Source of the DNA: Candidatus Terrybacteria bacterium RIFCSPHIGHO2_01_FULL_48_17
GTDB taxonomy: Bacteria > Patescibacteriota > Minisyncoccia > Terrybacterales > 2-01-FULL-58-14
DNA length: 64,000 bases
Assembly: GCA_001822835.1 (NCBI GenBank)
Contig: MHSS01000015.1
Span: 2,113 to 66,112 of the forward strand
Direction: 5' to 3'
The position numbers and the translations under genes are program-made. Under the pieces are notes generated by a model. It made no database searches. It saw only the letters and a program-made list of their open reading frames with translations, and was not told where the DNA came from. Shown in pieces: positions 37,597 through 47,498 of this stretch (position 1 is the first letter of the stretch; each line of letters starts with the position of its first letter).

Positions 37597-39348
37597 ATGG
37601 CAAAACAAGAAATAAAACTAGAAACGCTTCGGCATTCGACTGCCCATGTCATGGCAAAGGCAGCAAAGCGCCTCTTCCCTAAAACGGCACTGGGTATCGG
37701 GCCGGTTATTGAAGATGGATTTTACTATGATTTTGATACCAAAAAAGCGATCAGTTCCGACTCATTCCCCCTTATCGAGGAGGAAATGAGGCGCATTATT
37801 GCCGCACACGAACTTTTCAAAAAAGAATATCTCTCGATTTCTCAAGCGCTTGCGCTTTTTAAAAAACTAAAAGAACCCTACAAAATTGAGTTGATTCGCG
37901 ATCTTGCAAAAAAAGGAGCAAAAAAAGTAAGCATTTATCGCACCGGCACAGATTTCCTTGACCTTTGTGCCGGCCCCCATGTACGAAATACTGCCGACAT
38001 TCCTCATAACGCCTTCAAGCTTATAAAAGCCGCCGCAGCATATTGGCGAGGAGATGAAAAAAATCCGCAACTAAAGCGGATCTATGGAACTATTTTCTTT
38101 TCAAATGATAAACTTGCCGGAGAGCTCAACCGCCTGGAGGAAATTGAAAAACGAGATCACAAAAAATTAGGGCGCGATTTGGATTTATTCACGTTTTCGG
38201 AATTGATAGGCAGCGGATTGCCTCTGTGGACCCCCAAAGGCACGATAATAAGAACCTTGCTTGATGAATTTATCTGGAAATTACGTGAAACCCGCGGCTA
38301 CGAACGTGTTGAAGTTCCTCACATCACCAAAAAAGAGCTTTACGAAATAAGCGGTCATTGGGAAAAATTCAAAGATGAGCTTTTTAAAATTACCACTCGC
38401 GAAGGACATCTTTTTGCCATGAAACCGATGAACTGCCCGCATCACATCCAAATCTTCAAACGGCGCCCGTGGAGCTACCGAGAATTACCCCAACGATACG
38501 CAAATACCACAATGGTTTATAGGGACGAACAAACCGGGGAGCTTTCTGGTTTGTCTCGTGTACGCTGTATCACGCAAGATGATGCCCATGTTTTTTGCAG
38601 AAACGGACAGGCAAAAAAAGAAATGATGAATATCTGGGATATCATCGATACTTTCTATGGTGCTTTTGGTTTTGAGCTTACTATTCGCGTCTCGTTGCAC
38701 GACCCCAAAAAACAAAAACGATACCTTGGCGATAAAAAGACGTGGCGGTTAGCCGAAACCGAACTTATCGATCTTGCAAAAAGCCGAGGCGCGAGAGCGC
38801 CGCTTGCACGAGGCGAGGCAGCTTTTTATGGACCCAAAATCGATTTTTTAGCGAAAGATTCCCTTGGACGAAAATGGCAAGTAGCAACGATCCAGCTTGA
38901 TATGAATTTGCCGGAACGATTTGATATTACCTGCATTGACGAACAAGGAAAAACAGAGCGCCTCGTTATGATCCATGCTGCTATCATGGGTTCCATTGAA
39001 CGGTTTCTTTCAATACTCATCGAGCATTTTGCTGGCGATTTTCCCGTGTGGCTTGCTCCGGTGCAAGTACGAATAATCCCAGTATCCGAACGCCATAAAG
39101 ATTATGCCGAAACAGTCAGGACGTTGCTTTCTGAAAAAAACATTCGTGTTGAAGTGGCGTCCGGTGATACAACGATTGGAAAAGCGATACGTTCGGGGGA
39201 ACTCTCAAAAATTCCCTATCTTGCGGTAGTGGGTGATCGGGAAGCTGAGGCGAAAACCGTAAGCGTGAGAGAACGAAAACAAACAGAGTTGCGGAGTATG
39301 AGTCCGCGCGATCTTGCAGAAGTTATCCGCGCAAAACGCCCCTTTTAA
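37597..39348 (+). CDS. thrS: threonine--tRNA ligase lacking the N-terminal TGS domain
   Basis: Editing-domain HxxxH (RHSTAHV), class II catalytic core and the anticodon-binding domain. Start at 37597 is 6 nt after TACAAT (leaderless). The alternative ATG at 37579 would precede the predicted transcription start. Confidence 0.85.
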   Translation: MAKQEIKLETLRHSTAHVMAKAAKRLFPKTALGIGPVIEDGFYYDFDTKKAISSDSFPLIEEEMRRIIAAHELFKKEYLSISQALALFKKLKEPYKIELIRDLAKKGAKKVSIYRTGTDFLDLCAGPHVRNTADIPHNAFKLIKAAAAYWRGDEKNPQLKRIYGTIFFSNDKLAGELNRLEEIEKRDHKKLGRDLDLFTFSELIGSGLPLWTPKGTIIRTLLDEFIWKLRETRGYERVEVPHITKKELYEISGHWEKFKDELFKITTREGHLFAMKPMNCPHHIQIFKRRPWSYRELPQRYANTTMVYRDEQTGELSGLSRVRCITQDDAHVFCRNGQAKKEMMNIWDIIDTFYGAFGFELTIRVSLHDPKKQKRYLGDKKTWRLAETELIDLAKSRGARAPLARGEAAFYGPKIDFLAKDSLGRKWQVATIQLDMNLPERFDITCIDEQGKTERLVMIHAAIMGSIERFLSILIEHFAGDFPVWLAPVQVRIIPVSERHKDYAETVRTLLSEKNIRVEVASGDTTIGKAIRSGELSKIPYLAVVGDREAEAKTVSVRERKQTELRSMSPRDLAEVIRAKRPF

Positions 39349-39368
39349 CAGGGGCGGTGTGTTTAAAA

Positions 39369-39707
39369 TTAAGTTCTTTTCTGTCGGCAATAACAATAGT
39401 AGGTCTCGTCGTGAAAATGACATTTATCGTCAAGTGCGTAACGAATATGCGTCTGTATGGGGTCGCGAGCATTATCGGTATTGGTAAGTTCGCCGTCCCC
39501 CACCGCATTTTTTATCTGTTGGCATCCAAGCACTTCCCCCAAACGATCAAATAGCTTATTTTGAATTTTTTGTTCAAGAAAAAGCTCATCCTCTTCTGAA
39601 AGCGCTTCTCCGGAAAGCTCGGGGTCAAACCCTGCTTCTATGATCAGTTCCCTGATTATCTTTAGCGCAGTTTCTTCTACGGTTTCGACATCAAACGTTC
39701 GCATCAT
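39369..39707 (-). CDS. hypothetical acidic protein
   Basis: 112 aa. SD AAAGGAA 5 nt before ATG-ATG. The C-terminus carries HFHDETYYCYC. Confidence 0.45.
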   Translation of the reverse strand: MMRTFDVETVEETALKIIRELIIEAGFDPELSGEALSEEDELFLEQKIQNKLFDRLGEVLGCQQIKNAVGDGELTNTDNARDPIQTHIRYALDDKCHFHDETYYCYCRQKRT

Positions 39708-39739
39708 CCAATTCCTTTTGTGTAAAAACTACCTCTAGC

Positions 39740-40705
39740 ATGGCATCCAGGAAAACCCGCGTCAAATCGCCCGTCATTGTCATTGTAGGCCCTACCGCTT
39801 CCGGAAAAACGGACCTTGCACATAAACTCGCGAAAACACTGGGCGGCGATATCATTACTGCTGATTCGCGCCAGGTATACAAAGAAATGAATATTGGGAC
39901 GGCAAAGCCGCATACAACAGGGACCAGCAATCGGGGTTCAGGGATCAGAAAATGCCCGGAGATGCGGGGTGTGCAACATTATGGAATTGATCTTGTAAAA
40001 CCCAATCAATATTTTTCCGTCCAACAATGGAGAAAAATAGCTCTTCGCGCCATATCTGAAATTCAAAAACAGGGTCGAGTCCCGATTGTTGAAGGCGGGA
40101 CATGGCAATGGGTTTATGCATTGTTGTATAACTACACGATCCCAAAAGTACCTCCCCAAAAAGCGTTTCGCAAAAAACTGGAGGCGGAAATCAAAAAACG
40201 AGGCACTGGATATTTGATAAAAAAGGTGCTGCGAAGCGATCCTGATGCGACCGCATTTTTAGATCTAAAAAACCCTCGCCGTCTTATCCGGGCGCTTGAG
40301 GTAATGAAAGAGACAGGTAAGCCCTTTTCCCGACTACGCAAAACAGATGCTCCCCTTTTTAAAATACTAATTCTTGGATTAAATCCCGCTCCTCCCGCAC
40401 TAAAAAAGCGTCTCGCAAAACGTCTTGAGCAACAGTTCGCAGAAGGACTTAAACGTGAGGCAAGAAATCTCATTAGTAAATACGGTCGCAAGACCCCGGG
40501 AATGTCGGGTATTGGCTATCGTGAATGGCAACCATACTTTGAGGGTACAATAACGATCGATGAGGTGCGCGCCAATATCTTGCGCAATACGATAAAGCTT
40601 GCAAAAGTGCAACAACGAATGTTTCGAAAAATCAAAAAGGTAAAGTGGATACATGCTTACCAAGATGCAAAACGGGTCGTCACCCAAAAATTTGCAAGAT
40701 TATAA
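39740..40705 (+). CDS. miaA: tRNA dimethylallyltransferase MiaA, carrying a GC-rich insertion
   Basis: P-loop GPTASGKT and a DSRQVYKEMNIGTAKP motif. The insertion TTGTSNRGSGIRKCPEMRGV is encoded by cggggttcagggatcag. Confidence 0.8.
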   Translation: MASRKTRVKSPVIVIVGPTASGKTDLAHKLAKTLGGDIITADSRQVYKEMNIGTAKPHTTGTSNRGSGIRKCPEMRGVQHYGIDLVKPNQYFSVQQWRKIALRAISEIQKQGRVPIVEGGTWQWVYALLYNYTIPKVPPQKAFRKKLEAEIKKRGTGYLIKKVLRSDPDATAFLDLKNPRRLIRALEVMKETGKPFSRLRKTDAPLFKILILGLNPAPPALKKRLAKRLEQQFAEGLKREARNLISKYGRKTPGMSGIGYREWQPYFEGTITIDEVRANILRNTIKLAKVQQRMFRKIKKVKWIHAYQDAKRVVTQKFARL

Positions 40706-40829
40706 TCTATATCGCTTCCTTATTTTAAGATCCTGTGAAAACGTATTCTGAACACAAATGAAAATATTGACTATGTTTTCTTTTTGTGTTAAGGTTTAAG
40801 CGCCATAGTTCATTAGAAAAGGAGAATAC

Positions 40830-41741
40830 ATGGGACAATTTGAATGCTTTCGCGGCCGTCATTTTAGCGTATACGAACAAGGCATGAATGCCTCAATGCG
40901 TATGAAATGGCGTGATATCGCACCATGGGTTGTCGCACCCGAGTACGATAGCAGCAGTTATATTGTGGAAGAAGGTTGCGGCACTGGAGGGCTTCTTTTG
41001 CGTCTTGGTATACGTTTTGCCACCACCCCAGTAATAGGCCGCGATATTTCTTCACATTTCGCCCAAACAAGCGCGGAGGCGGTCTCTGGCCTGGCAAACA
41101 CCGCTGTCATACAAGAAAATATTCTGAAACCTAGATTTGCTTCCGGTTCAGTAGGCACCAAAATATTTTCATCGGTATGGCATGAACTGTATTCCTATAA
41201 TGGATATCGTGAAGACGTGCTCGATATGGTGCTGGAACAAACATATCGTGAGCTTATACCCGGAGGGCGTATCATCATTCGTGACGGCGTAAAACCCAAA
41301 AATCAGCACGTCGCGATGTGGCTCTCCCCTAAATCATATGGGAACCTGCCGTCGGCTCGCGAAATGTTCATGCGCTTCGTGCGCGATTTTCAAGCAGTAC
41401 GACCGGTACCATACGGGCATCTGCAAACAAACGACTACCAACTTTTTGCGGTACTTGGCAGCGAAAATGCCTACGAGTTTCTCATGAAAAAGGACTATCT
41501 TGAAAACTGGGAAGGCGAAATAAAAGAAGTATTTGGGGTATGGACGCCACAGGAATTTGAGCAACGTCTTATTTCTCATGGCTTCAGGCCGTTATGCATC
41601 AAACCCTTCAGAAACCGCTGGATCGTTGAACATCGTCTCAAGCCGGTAACCAAACTATATCGTTTCGGCAAAAAGGGAGAACTCATTACAATCCCCTTCC
41701 CATACACAAACATATTGGTCGTTGGCGAAAAATCAAAATAA
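40830..41741 (+). CDS. class I SAM-dependent methyltransferase
   Basis: Motif I VEEGCGTGG. SD AAAGGAGAA 5 nt before the ATG. Confidence 0.6.
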   Translation: MGQFECFRGRHFSVYEQGMNASMRMKWRDIAPWVVAPEYDSSSYIVEEGCGTGGLLLRLGIRFATTPVIGRDISSHFAQTSAEAVSGLANTAVIQENILKPRFASGSVGTKIFSSVWHELYSYNGYREDVLDMVLEQTYRELIPGGRIIIRDGVKPKNQHVAMWLSPKSYGNLPSAREMFMRFVRDFQAVRPVPYGHLQTNDYQLFAVLGSENAYEFLMKKDYLENWEGEIKEVFGVWTPQEFEQRLISHGFRPLCIKPFRNRWIVEHRLKPVTKLYRFGKKGELITIPFPYTNILVVGEKSK

Positions 41742-41768
41742 AACACCGCACGCTTGTGCGGTGTATTG
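41742..41768. terminator. bidirectional terminator (methyltransferase / nadK, convergent)
   Basis: acaccgcac-gctt-gtgcggtgt, with a U-run on the minus-strand side. Confidence 0.6.
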
Positions 41769-41769
41769 C

Positions 41770-42594
41770 TTAATCCTCGCGCGGAGGGCCGATTATCTTA
41801 TCCACCAATCGCTGGGTGAATCCGGTTCGGTAACGGGAATCTTTCAGATACAGGATAGATGCCTTCTGCCGCGAAACAGTAACGCTTACAGACGAAATAA
41901 TTCCCCCATTTTTACCATCATACAGGAGATGGACTGGTCGTTTCGCCTGACTCCGGTTCTTCACTTCAATTCTTGAGTCCGCGGGATAGACCACGGCGTC
42001 TAGCAATGAGCGAAACGTCCATGCCCGTTGTGCGACAAAAGGAACGATGATAAGAGCTGCCACACCCGGATGTACAATTGGCCCGCCGGCACTTTGCGCA
42101 TAAGCCGTGCTACCTTGGGGCGAAGACACAATGATGCCGTCCCCGGAAAACTTATTAATAACTTCACCATCAATCAAAACATCAAGGTGGGCTGATTGTG
42201 GCGTTGCGCGTTGTACCAAAATCTCATTGAAGGCGTAAACACATCGCTCGCGCCCTGCTATATCCTTGGCGACGACGCGTAGTAAGCGATAGGTCTGCGT
42301 GCGAAAGTGTTCCCCCGACTCCTGAAGCATCTTAATTGACTGTGGCGGATCTATGTATGGATTCATGAAAAAGCCGACGTCACCGAAATTAAAACCAACG
42401 AACGGCTTACGCAAGTGCTGATATTGCGCAACTACCGAAAGCATCGTCCCATCGCCACCGATTATAACGATTACATCAGCGTCTTGGGGGGATGAAACGA
42501 AGAGGGTGGCCGCATGTTTCCGGAGGCCGTCCGCATATACTTGTGCCTCTAGATTATCAGGACGCGCAAGAATCGCGATCTTTTTGGGTTCCAC
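41770..42594 (-). CDS. nadK: NAD kinase
   Basis: GGDGT motif. Start chosen at GTG 42594, preceded by AAGGGAGGGG. The track TTG extension to 42702 is spurious. Confidence 0.8.
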   Translation of the reverse strand: MEPKKIAILARPDNLEAQVYADGLRKHAATLFVSSPQDADVIVIIGGDGTMLSVVAQYQHLRKPFVGFNFGDVGFFMNPYIDPPQSIKMLQESGEHFRTQTYRLLRVVAKDIAGRERCVYAFNEILVQRATPQSAHLDVLIDGEVINKFSGDGIIVSSPQGSTAYAQSAGGPIVHPGVAALIIVPFVAQRAWTFRSLLDAVVYPADSRIEVKNRSQAKRPVHLLYDGKNGGIISSVSVTVSRQKASILYLKDSRYRTGFTQRLVDKIIGPPRED

Positions 42595-42739
42595 TTTCCC
42601 CTCCCTTCTCAAAGAACTAGATATTTTGGTAATAAAATTATAACGCAAATTGTCCAATATGTAAAGGCGGGGCCTTGTAAAAAGATACGGGTAGTGATAC
42701 AATCATTGCAGATCTTTGAGAGAAGAAAGGGCTGCTACG

Positions 42740-43318
42740 ATGATATACCCACCGCAGGAAGAGCTTCGGCACCGATCGGCACTTATTATCGTTGATGTAC
42801 AAAATGATTTCTGTCCCGGCGGAAACCTAGCGGTTCCAGACGGCGACGCTGTTGTTTCTAAAATTAACAACGCAATAACTTATTTTGACATCGTTGTTGC
42901 GAGCCAGGATTGGCACCCCCAAGATCATTGCTCTTTTGACACGCAGGGCGGAAAATGGCCTGAACACTGTATTGCCGGAACTTCGGGAGCAAACCTTCAT
43001 GCTGTCCTCGACACCGCGCGGATCACCCATATTGTCCGCAAAGCATACAAGAAAGATCAGGATGCTTACTCTGCGTTTGATGGAACGGGGCTTGCGGAAA
43101 TGCTGCGAGCGCTCGGGATAACCGAGGTCTTTGTTTGTGGATTGGCTTTAGATTATTGCGTTAAAGCTACTGCGCTTGACGCACGAAAAGCAGGTTTTAA
43201 TACATGGTATATTTTAAATGCATGCCGAGGAGTCGCTAAAAACACCAGCGAACAAGCAGAACGAGAAATGCAAGGTGTTGGCATTAAACCAGAATTCGTC
43301 AGAGGTCCGGTGTCCTAG
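42740..43318 (+). CDS. pncA: nicotinamidase/pyrazinamidase (isochorismatase family)
   Basis: Start at ATG 42740 with an SD. Asp (IIVDVQNDF) and Cys (CGLALDYCV) catalytic motifs. Confidence 0.8.
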   Translation: MIYPPQEELRHRSALIIVDVQNDFCPGGNLAVPDGDAVVSKINNAITYFDIVVASQDWHPQDHCSFDTQGGKWPEHCIAGTSGANLHAVLDTARITHIVRKAYKKDQDAYSAFDGTGLAEMLRALGITEVFVCGLALDYCVKATALDARKAGFNTWYILNACRGVAKNTSEQAEREMQGVGIKPEFVRGPVS

Positions 43319-43360
43319 CCGGACCCTTACTTTTTATAAAGAGAGTGATATAGTTTGTCT

Positions 43361-43963
43361 ATGCAAAAATATATTGCACTTTTTGGTGGCGCCTTTGATC
43401 CACCGCATCTCGGGCATCTTACAGCTATTCGCCAAATTTTTGATGCAAAAAGATTCGACGGGGTTTGGGTCGTACCAAGCGGAATGCGACCCGACAAACA
43501 ATCACATGCATCACCCCAAGATCGCCTCGCGATGACCCGCTTACTTGTGAAGCATGGGTTTGACACACATGAACCGGTATTTGTCAAAACGCACCTCGTA
43601 GACGCTCCCGACTCTTATCCATTTACCATACAAGAACTTGAATATCTTAAAACCCAACATCCCAATACGGCATTTACTGTTGCGATCGGATCGGACCAAG
43701 CACAAGCGCTTCACCAATGGCACAATCCAGAAAAATTATGCGCGCTTGCCGATATCCTCGTTATTGTAAGGGATGGACGGCCTACAACTATTTCATTCCC
43801 CTGTAATACCACAATACTTGACCCCAAAGATAATATATGGTTAAATATATCAAGTACGGAATTACGGTGGCGTATAGCGCACGAGAAGCCGATTTTCGGG
43901 CTTACGCTGCTGCCCATTGCCGAGTTCATTGATAACAAAAAACTCTATACAAAGGAGGCCTGA
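43361..43963 (+). CDS. nadD: nicotinate-nucleotide adenylyltransferase
   Basis: GGAFDPPHLGH (H/TxGH) nucleotidyltransferase motif. Confidence 0.8.
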   Translation: MQKYIALFGGAFDPPHLGHLTAIRQIFDAKRFDGVWVVPSGMRPDKQSHASPQDRLAMTRLLVKHGFDTHEPVFVKTHLVDAPDSYPFTIQELEYLKTQHPNTAFTVAIGSDQAQALHQWHNPEKLCALADILVIVRDGRPTTISFPCNTTILDPKDNIWLNISSTELRWRIAHEKPIFGLTLLPIAEFIDNKKLYTKEA

Positions 43964-43964
43964 G

Positions 43965-45209
43965 ATGCCTATTGTGCCGCGACTTCTTGATGTCGACTTT
44001 TATAAGCTGACGATGGCACAGGTTGCCTGGAAATGTTTTCGAAGTTTCCCCGTAACGTATGGTTTTACCAACCGCACCAAAGACGTAGCGCTCTCCGCAC
44101 ATATTAATCAAGAACGGCTCCAAGATGAGTTTGCGTACGTGCGGGGAAGAGCCCATTTTTCTAACGAGGAACTCAACTGGCTGCGGAGGAATCCTATCTT
44201 TTCCGAAGATTTCATACGGTTTCTTGGACGCCATATCGAACACGAACGATATCCGCTTGACTTGCCGCCGGTTCAAGCAATAACAGAGAGGAACACGTTA
44301 ACCATCAAGACAACCGGCGATTGGCCCCAAACCATCTTATGGGAAACAATTGTGTTGTCGATTGTGAACGAGCTTTATTATCGAGATCTTATCACCACAC
44401 AACGTCTTTCCCAACGTCGCTTATGGCGTGAGGGAGAACGGCGACTTCTGGAAAAAATCGCAACGCTCAAGAGACATCCTGAAGTAAAATTTGTTGAGTT
44501 TGGCACTCGGCGCCGCTTTTCTAGAAAATGGCAAAAACGTGTCCTTGAAATTCTGCTTGCCGAAATTCCCGATCAGGTACTCGGTACTTCAAACGTACTG
44601 CTTGCAAAAGAGTTTGAAATTAAACCCATCGGAACGCATGCACACGAAATGTTCATGATACTCTATGGATATTTCCGATCGCTCAACGATGCCGTACCCG
44701 TATTGTCTGCCCATCAAACGGTGTTAAAAACCTGGTGGGAAGAATATGGCGAATCGCTATCCCTTGCACTCACAGATACATTCGGCACCGAATTTTTTCT
44801 TGACAACTTTACGCCCGACCAAGCGTGGCAATGGCGCGGTATGCGCCAAGATTCCGGAGACCCTATCGAAATTGGTGAAAAAATTGTCTCTTTTTACCAA
44901 AAGCAAGGGATTAGTCCTAAAGAAAAACTTCTGCTCTTCAGCGATGGCCTCACGCTCCCGAAAATAATCGAGCTTTCCAATCGATTTTCAGATAGAATTC
45001 AGGTTTCATTCGGCTGGGGCACCAATCTTACCAATGACCTTGGCCCTGCACCCTTATCGCTTGTTATGAAAGCAACTGAGGCGTGCGGAGTTCCCACAGT
45101 GAAACTCTCCGACAATCCTGCTAAAGCTACGGGACCGGCGGACGAAATTGAACGCGTAAAGCGAGAGGTCGGCTACAAAGACCGACCCGCACAAGCAATT
45201 GTGTACTAA
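43965..45209 (+). CDS. pncB: nicotinate phosphoribosyltransferase
   Basis: Start at ATG 43965 with SD AAGGAGG 6 nt upstream, overlapping the nadD stop (TGAGATG). NAPRTase N-terminal pattern DFYKLTM. Confidence 0.85.
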   Translation: MPIVPRLLDVDFYKLTMAQVAWKCFRSFPVTYGFTNRTKDVALSAHINQERLQDEFAYVRGRAHFSNEELNWLRRNPIFSEDFIRFLGRHIEHERYPLDLPPVQAITERNTLTIKTTGDWPQTILWETIVLSIVNELYYRDLITTQRLSQRRLWREGERRLLEKIATLKRHPEVKFVEFGTRRRFSRKWQKRVLEILLAEIPDQVLGTSNVLLAKEFEIKPIGTHAHEMFMILYGYFRSLNDAVPVLSAHQTVLKTWWEEYGESLSLALTDTFGTEFFLDNFTPDQAWQWRGMRQDSGDPIEIGEKIVSFYQKQGISPKEKLLLFSDGLTLPKIIELSNRFSDRIQVSFGWGTNLTNDLGPAPLSLVMKATEACGVPTVKLSDNPAKATGPADEIERVKREVGYKDRPAQAIVY

Positions 45210-45218
45210 TAATATAAA

Positions 45219-45250
45219 TAGCGCGGCTTATGCCGCGCATTTTGTTTTTA
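45219..45250 (+). terminator. rho-independent terminator after pncB
   Basis: gcgcggc-ttat-gccgcgc followed by attttgttttt. Confidence 0.7.
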
Positions 45251-45775
45251 CAGAAGATCTAGAAAATCAAGTGCCAAATAGCCGGATCCCACGTCACTAA
45301 GCTGCCCCGCGCGAAGGTGGTTTCGGAAATCGTCAAGAGACATCAAGACGACATCAATAAATTCGCTATCATCGGGAGATGGTTCTTGAATTTGCGTGCA
45401 ATTTTCAACGACAAACACGTGCCGCTGCATATCAGAATAAGCGCTATGTACGACTTTGGGCACTACATAACGCACATTGCCAGCATAGCCGGTCTCTTCA
45501 AGGAGCTCCCGTTCTATTGCCTCTTGCGGCGACTCGTTTAGATTTTTCCATCCGGCAGGAAGCTCAAGAAGCACCTTTTGGGGACCAGGACGGAATTGCC
45601 TCGTTAAAATTACCTTTCGATCGGGAGTGAGCGCCAAGGCAACAACAACCTCGCCCTCTTTGGCGATTTCGTAATCTTTCTCCTCAGCGTTGGGCATAAG
45701 GAACCAAACCCGATCTATTTTGCGGAACCTACCGCGGAATGCCGGCTCTTCACGCAATTTCGGCCAGGGATCCAT
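45248..45775 (-). CDS. NUDIX hydrolase (ADP-ribose / NADH pyrophosphatase-like)
   Basis: Nudix box REL(L)EETG. Start at 45775 is preceded by AAGGAGAG. Confidence 0.75.
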   Translation of the reverse strand: MDPWPKLREEPAFRGRFRKIDRVWFLMPNAEEKDYEIAKEGEVVVALALTPDRKVILTRQFRPGPQKVLLELPAGWKNLNESPQEAIERELLEETGYAGNVRYVVPKVVHSAYSDMQRHVFVVENCTQIQEPSPDDSEFIDVVLMSLDDFRNHLRAGQLSDVGSGYLALDFLDLL

Positions 45776-45842
45776 ATTTTCTCTCCTTTTCATATTCGTA
45801 AGAACTGTAAAAACAATAGCACAGAAATTCAATAGACGCAAT

Positions 45843-47498
45843 CTAAGAAAAACGGGCTGCGATCGGCATACGCCGACCTGAACCAAAGGCCTTTGTCGTA
45901 ATTTTAAGACCGGGCGCTGCTTGACGACGCTTAAATTCCATCATGTCTACGGTTCTTATGATTCGGTTAACCAAAGTGCGATCATGTCCTCCATCAATAA
46001 TTTCTTGAGCACTTTTTCGTTCCTCTACATATGCGTGTAATATCGGATCCAAGACATCATAAGGAGGTAACGAATCGGTATCTTTCTGGTTAGGCCTTAG
46101 CTCTGCCGAAGGAGGTTTCATGAGAACGCGCTTGGGAATAATCTCATTTTTACGATTGATAAACCGCGCAAGCTCATAGACAAGGGTCTTTGGGAGATCC
46201 GAAATAATACCAAGCCCTGCTGCCATATCGCCGTATAAGGTTGCATATCCCATAGCAAGCTCGGACTTATTCCCCGTGCCGAGCACGATCCGTTTTTGTC
46301 TGTTGGCAATCGCCATCAAAATCATCCCGCGAATGCGCGACTGAATATTTTCTTCAGTAACGGTCGGTGGATCCGACCATCCAATAGTAGAATCCAGCAT
46401 CTTACGATACGCCTCAAATCCCTCTTTAATGGGAATTGTAAAAAAATCGATGCCGAGGTTCCTTGAAAGGGTTTCGGCATCTTCAATGCTCTCACGGGAA
46501 GAAAACGGAGAAGGCATTGCAACTGCAAGCACGTCTTTTGCGCCAAGCGCTTTGGCCGCAAGTACGGCAACAAGCGAAGAGTCAATACCTCCCGAAAGTC
46601 CCAAAACCGCACCCCCACGGAATCCATTGACCTTGCCAACATAATCGCGCAATCCGAGTACCAAAGCATTCTCTACCTCTTCTGTTTTGTCAACATCAGT
46701 GGGAAAACTTGCAGCAGTTTGTTGATGAAGATCAACAATGAGCATATCTTCTTGATATGCTTTTGCAAGAGCAGTACACGATCCATCTTGGGCAACCGCA
46801 AAACTTCGACCGTCAAAAATCAGCTCGTCGTTACCCCCCACTTGGTTGCTATAAAAAATAGGCACCTTCAACCGTTGTGCGAGATCGGACACAAGACGGA
46901 ACCTCATTTCTGCTTTTCCCCACCAATATGGTGAGCCATTAATAACTACCAGTGCATCAAAATGACCCTTCTCAAAATGCTGAAATGGATCGAAACTATA
47001 TTGTTTCCTCCCACCAACACCCGCATCTTCAACACCGTTCCAGATATCTTCGCAAATAACTACGCCGATCCTTTTTTCCCCAATACTCACTGGGCTTTGT
47101 GGTTTGGTATACGGTTCAAAATACCGATACTCATCAAAAACATCATAAGTAGGAAGCAGCGCCTTACGTCTCGTTTCTTGAAGGAGCCCGTTCTGTAAAA
47201 CCGCAGCAGAATTGAAAAGGGGCTTACCTACTTTTTCTTCATTACGCTCCGCAAAACCCACTACAAGAGGCACCCGTCCCACAGCCCCGGCCATACGATT
47301 CAACGCTTCTAATTGTTGCGCGATAAGATCTTCACGCTCGAGCAAGTCACGCGGAGGATAGCCAAACAGCGCAAGTTCCGTAGAAACAACTAAATCCACA
47401 TGTTTGTTGCATGCATTACGGTATCCCCGTAGTATCTTCTCGGCATTGCCAGCAATATCGCCGATAATAAAGTTGTGCTGCAAAAGCGCTATTTTCAT
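45843..47498 (-). CDS. nadE: glutamine-dependent NAD+ synthetase
   Basis: N-terminal CN-hydrolase domain and C-terminal NAD synthase domain (SGGIDSS PP-loop). The ATG overlaps the upstream stop (ATGA). Confidence 0.9.
   Translation of the reverse strand: MKIALLQHNFIIGDIAGNAEKILRGYRNACNKHVDLVVSTELALFGYPPRDLLEREDLIAQQLEALNRMAGAVGRVPLVVGFAERNEEKVGKPLFNSAAVLQNGLLQETRRKALLPTYDVFDEYRYFEPYTKPQSPVSIGEKRIGVVICEDIWNGVEDAGVGGRKQYSFDPFQHFEKGHFDALVVINGSPYWWGKAEMRFRLVSDLAQRLKVPIFYSNQVGGNDELIFDGRSFAVAQDGSCTALAKAYQEDMLIVDLHQQTAASFPTDVDKTEEVENALVLGLRDYVGKVNGFRGGAVLGLSGGIDSSLVAVLAAKALGAKDVLAVAMPSPFSSRESIEDAETLSRNLGIDFFTIPIKEGFEAYRKMLDSTIGWSDPPTVTEENIQSRIRGMILMAIANRQKRIVLGTGNKSELAMGYATLYGDMAAGLGIISDLPKTLVYELARFINRKNEIIPKRVLMKPPSAELRPNQKDTDSLPPYDVLDPILHAYVEERKSAQEIIDGGHDRTLVNRIIRTVDMMEFKRRQAAPGLKITTKAFGSGRRMPIAARFS

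Noticed and set aside
41770-42702. NAD kinase with a 36-aa N-terminal extension (track TTG start at 42702)
   Set aside because: An internal GTG at 42594 is preceded by AAGGGAGGGG and yields a normal NadK N-terminus. The extension has no homology.
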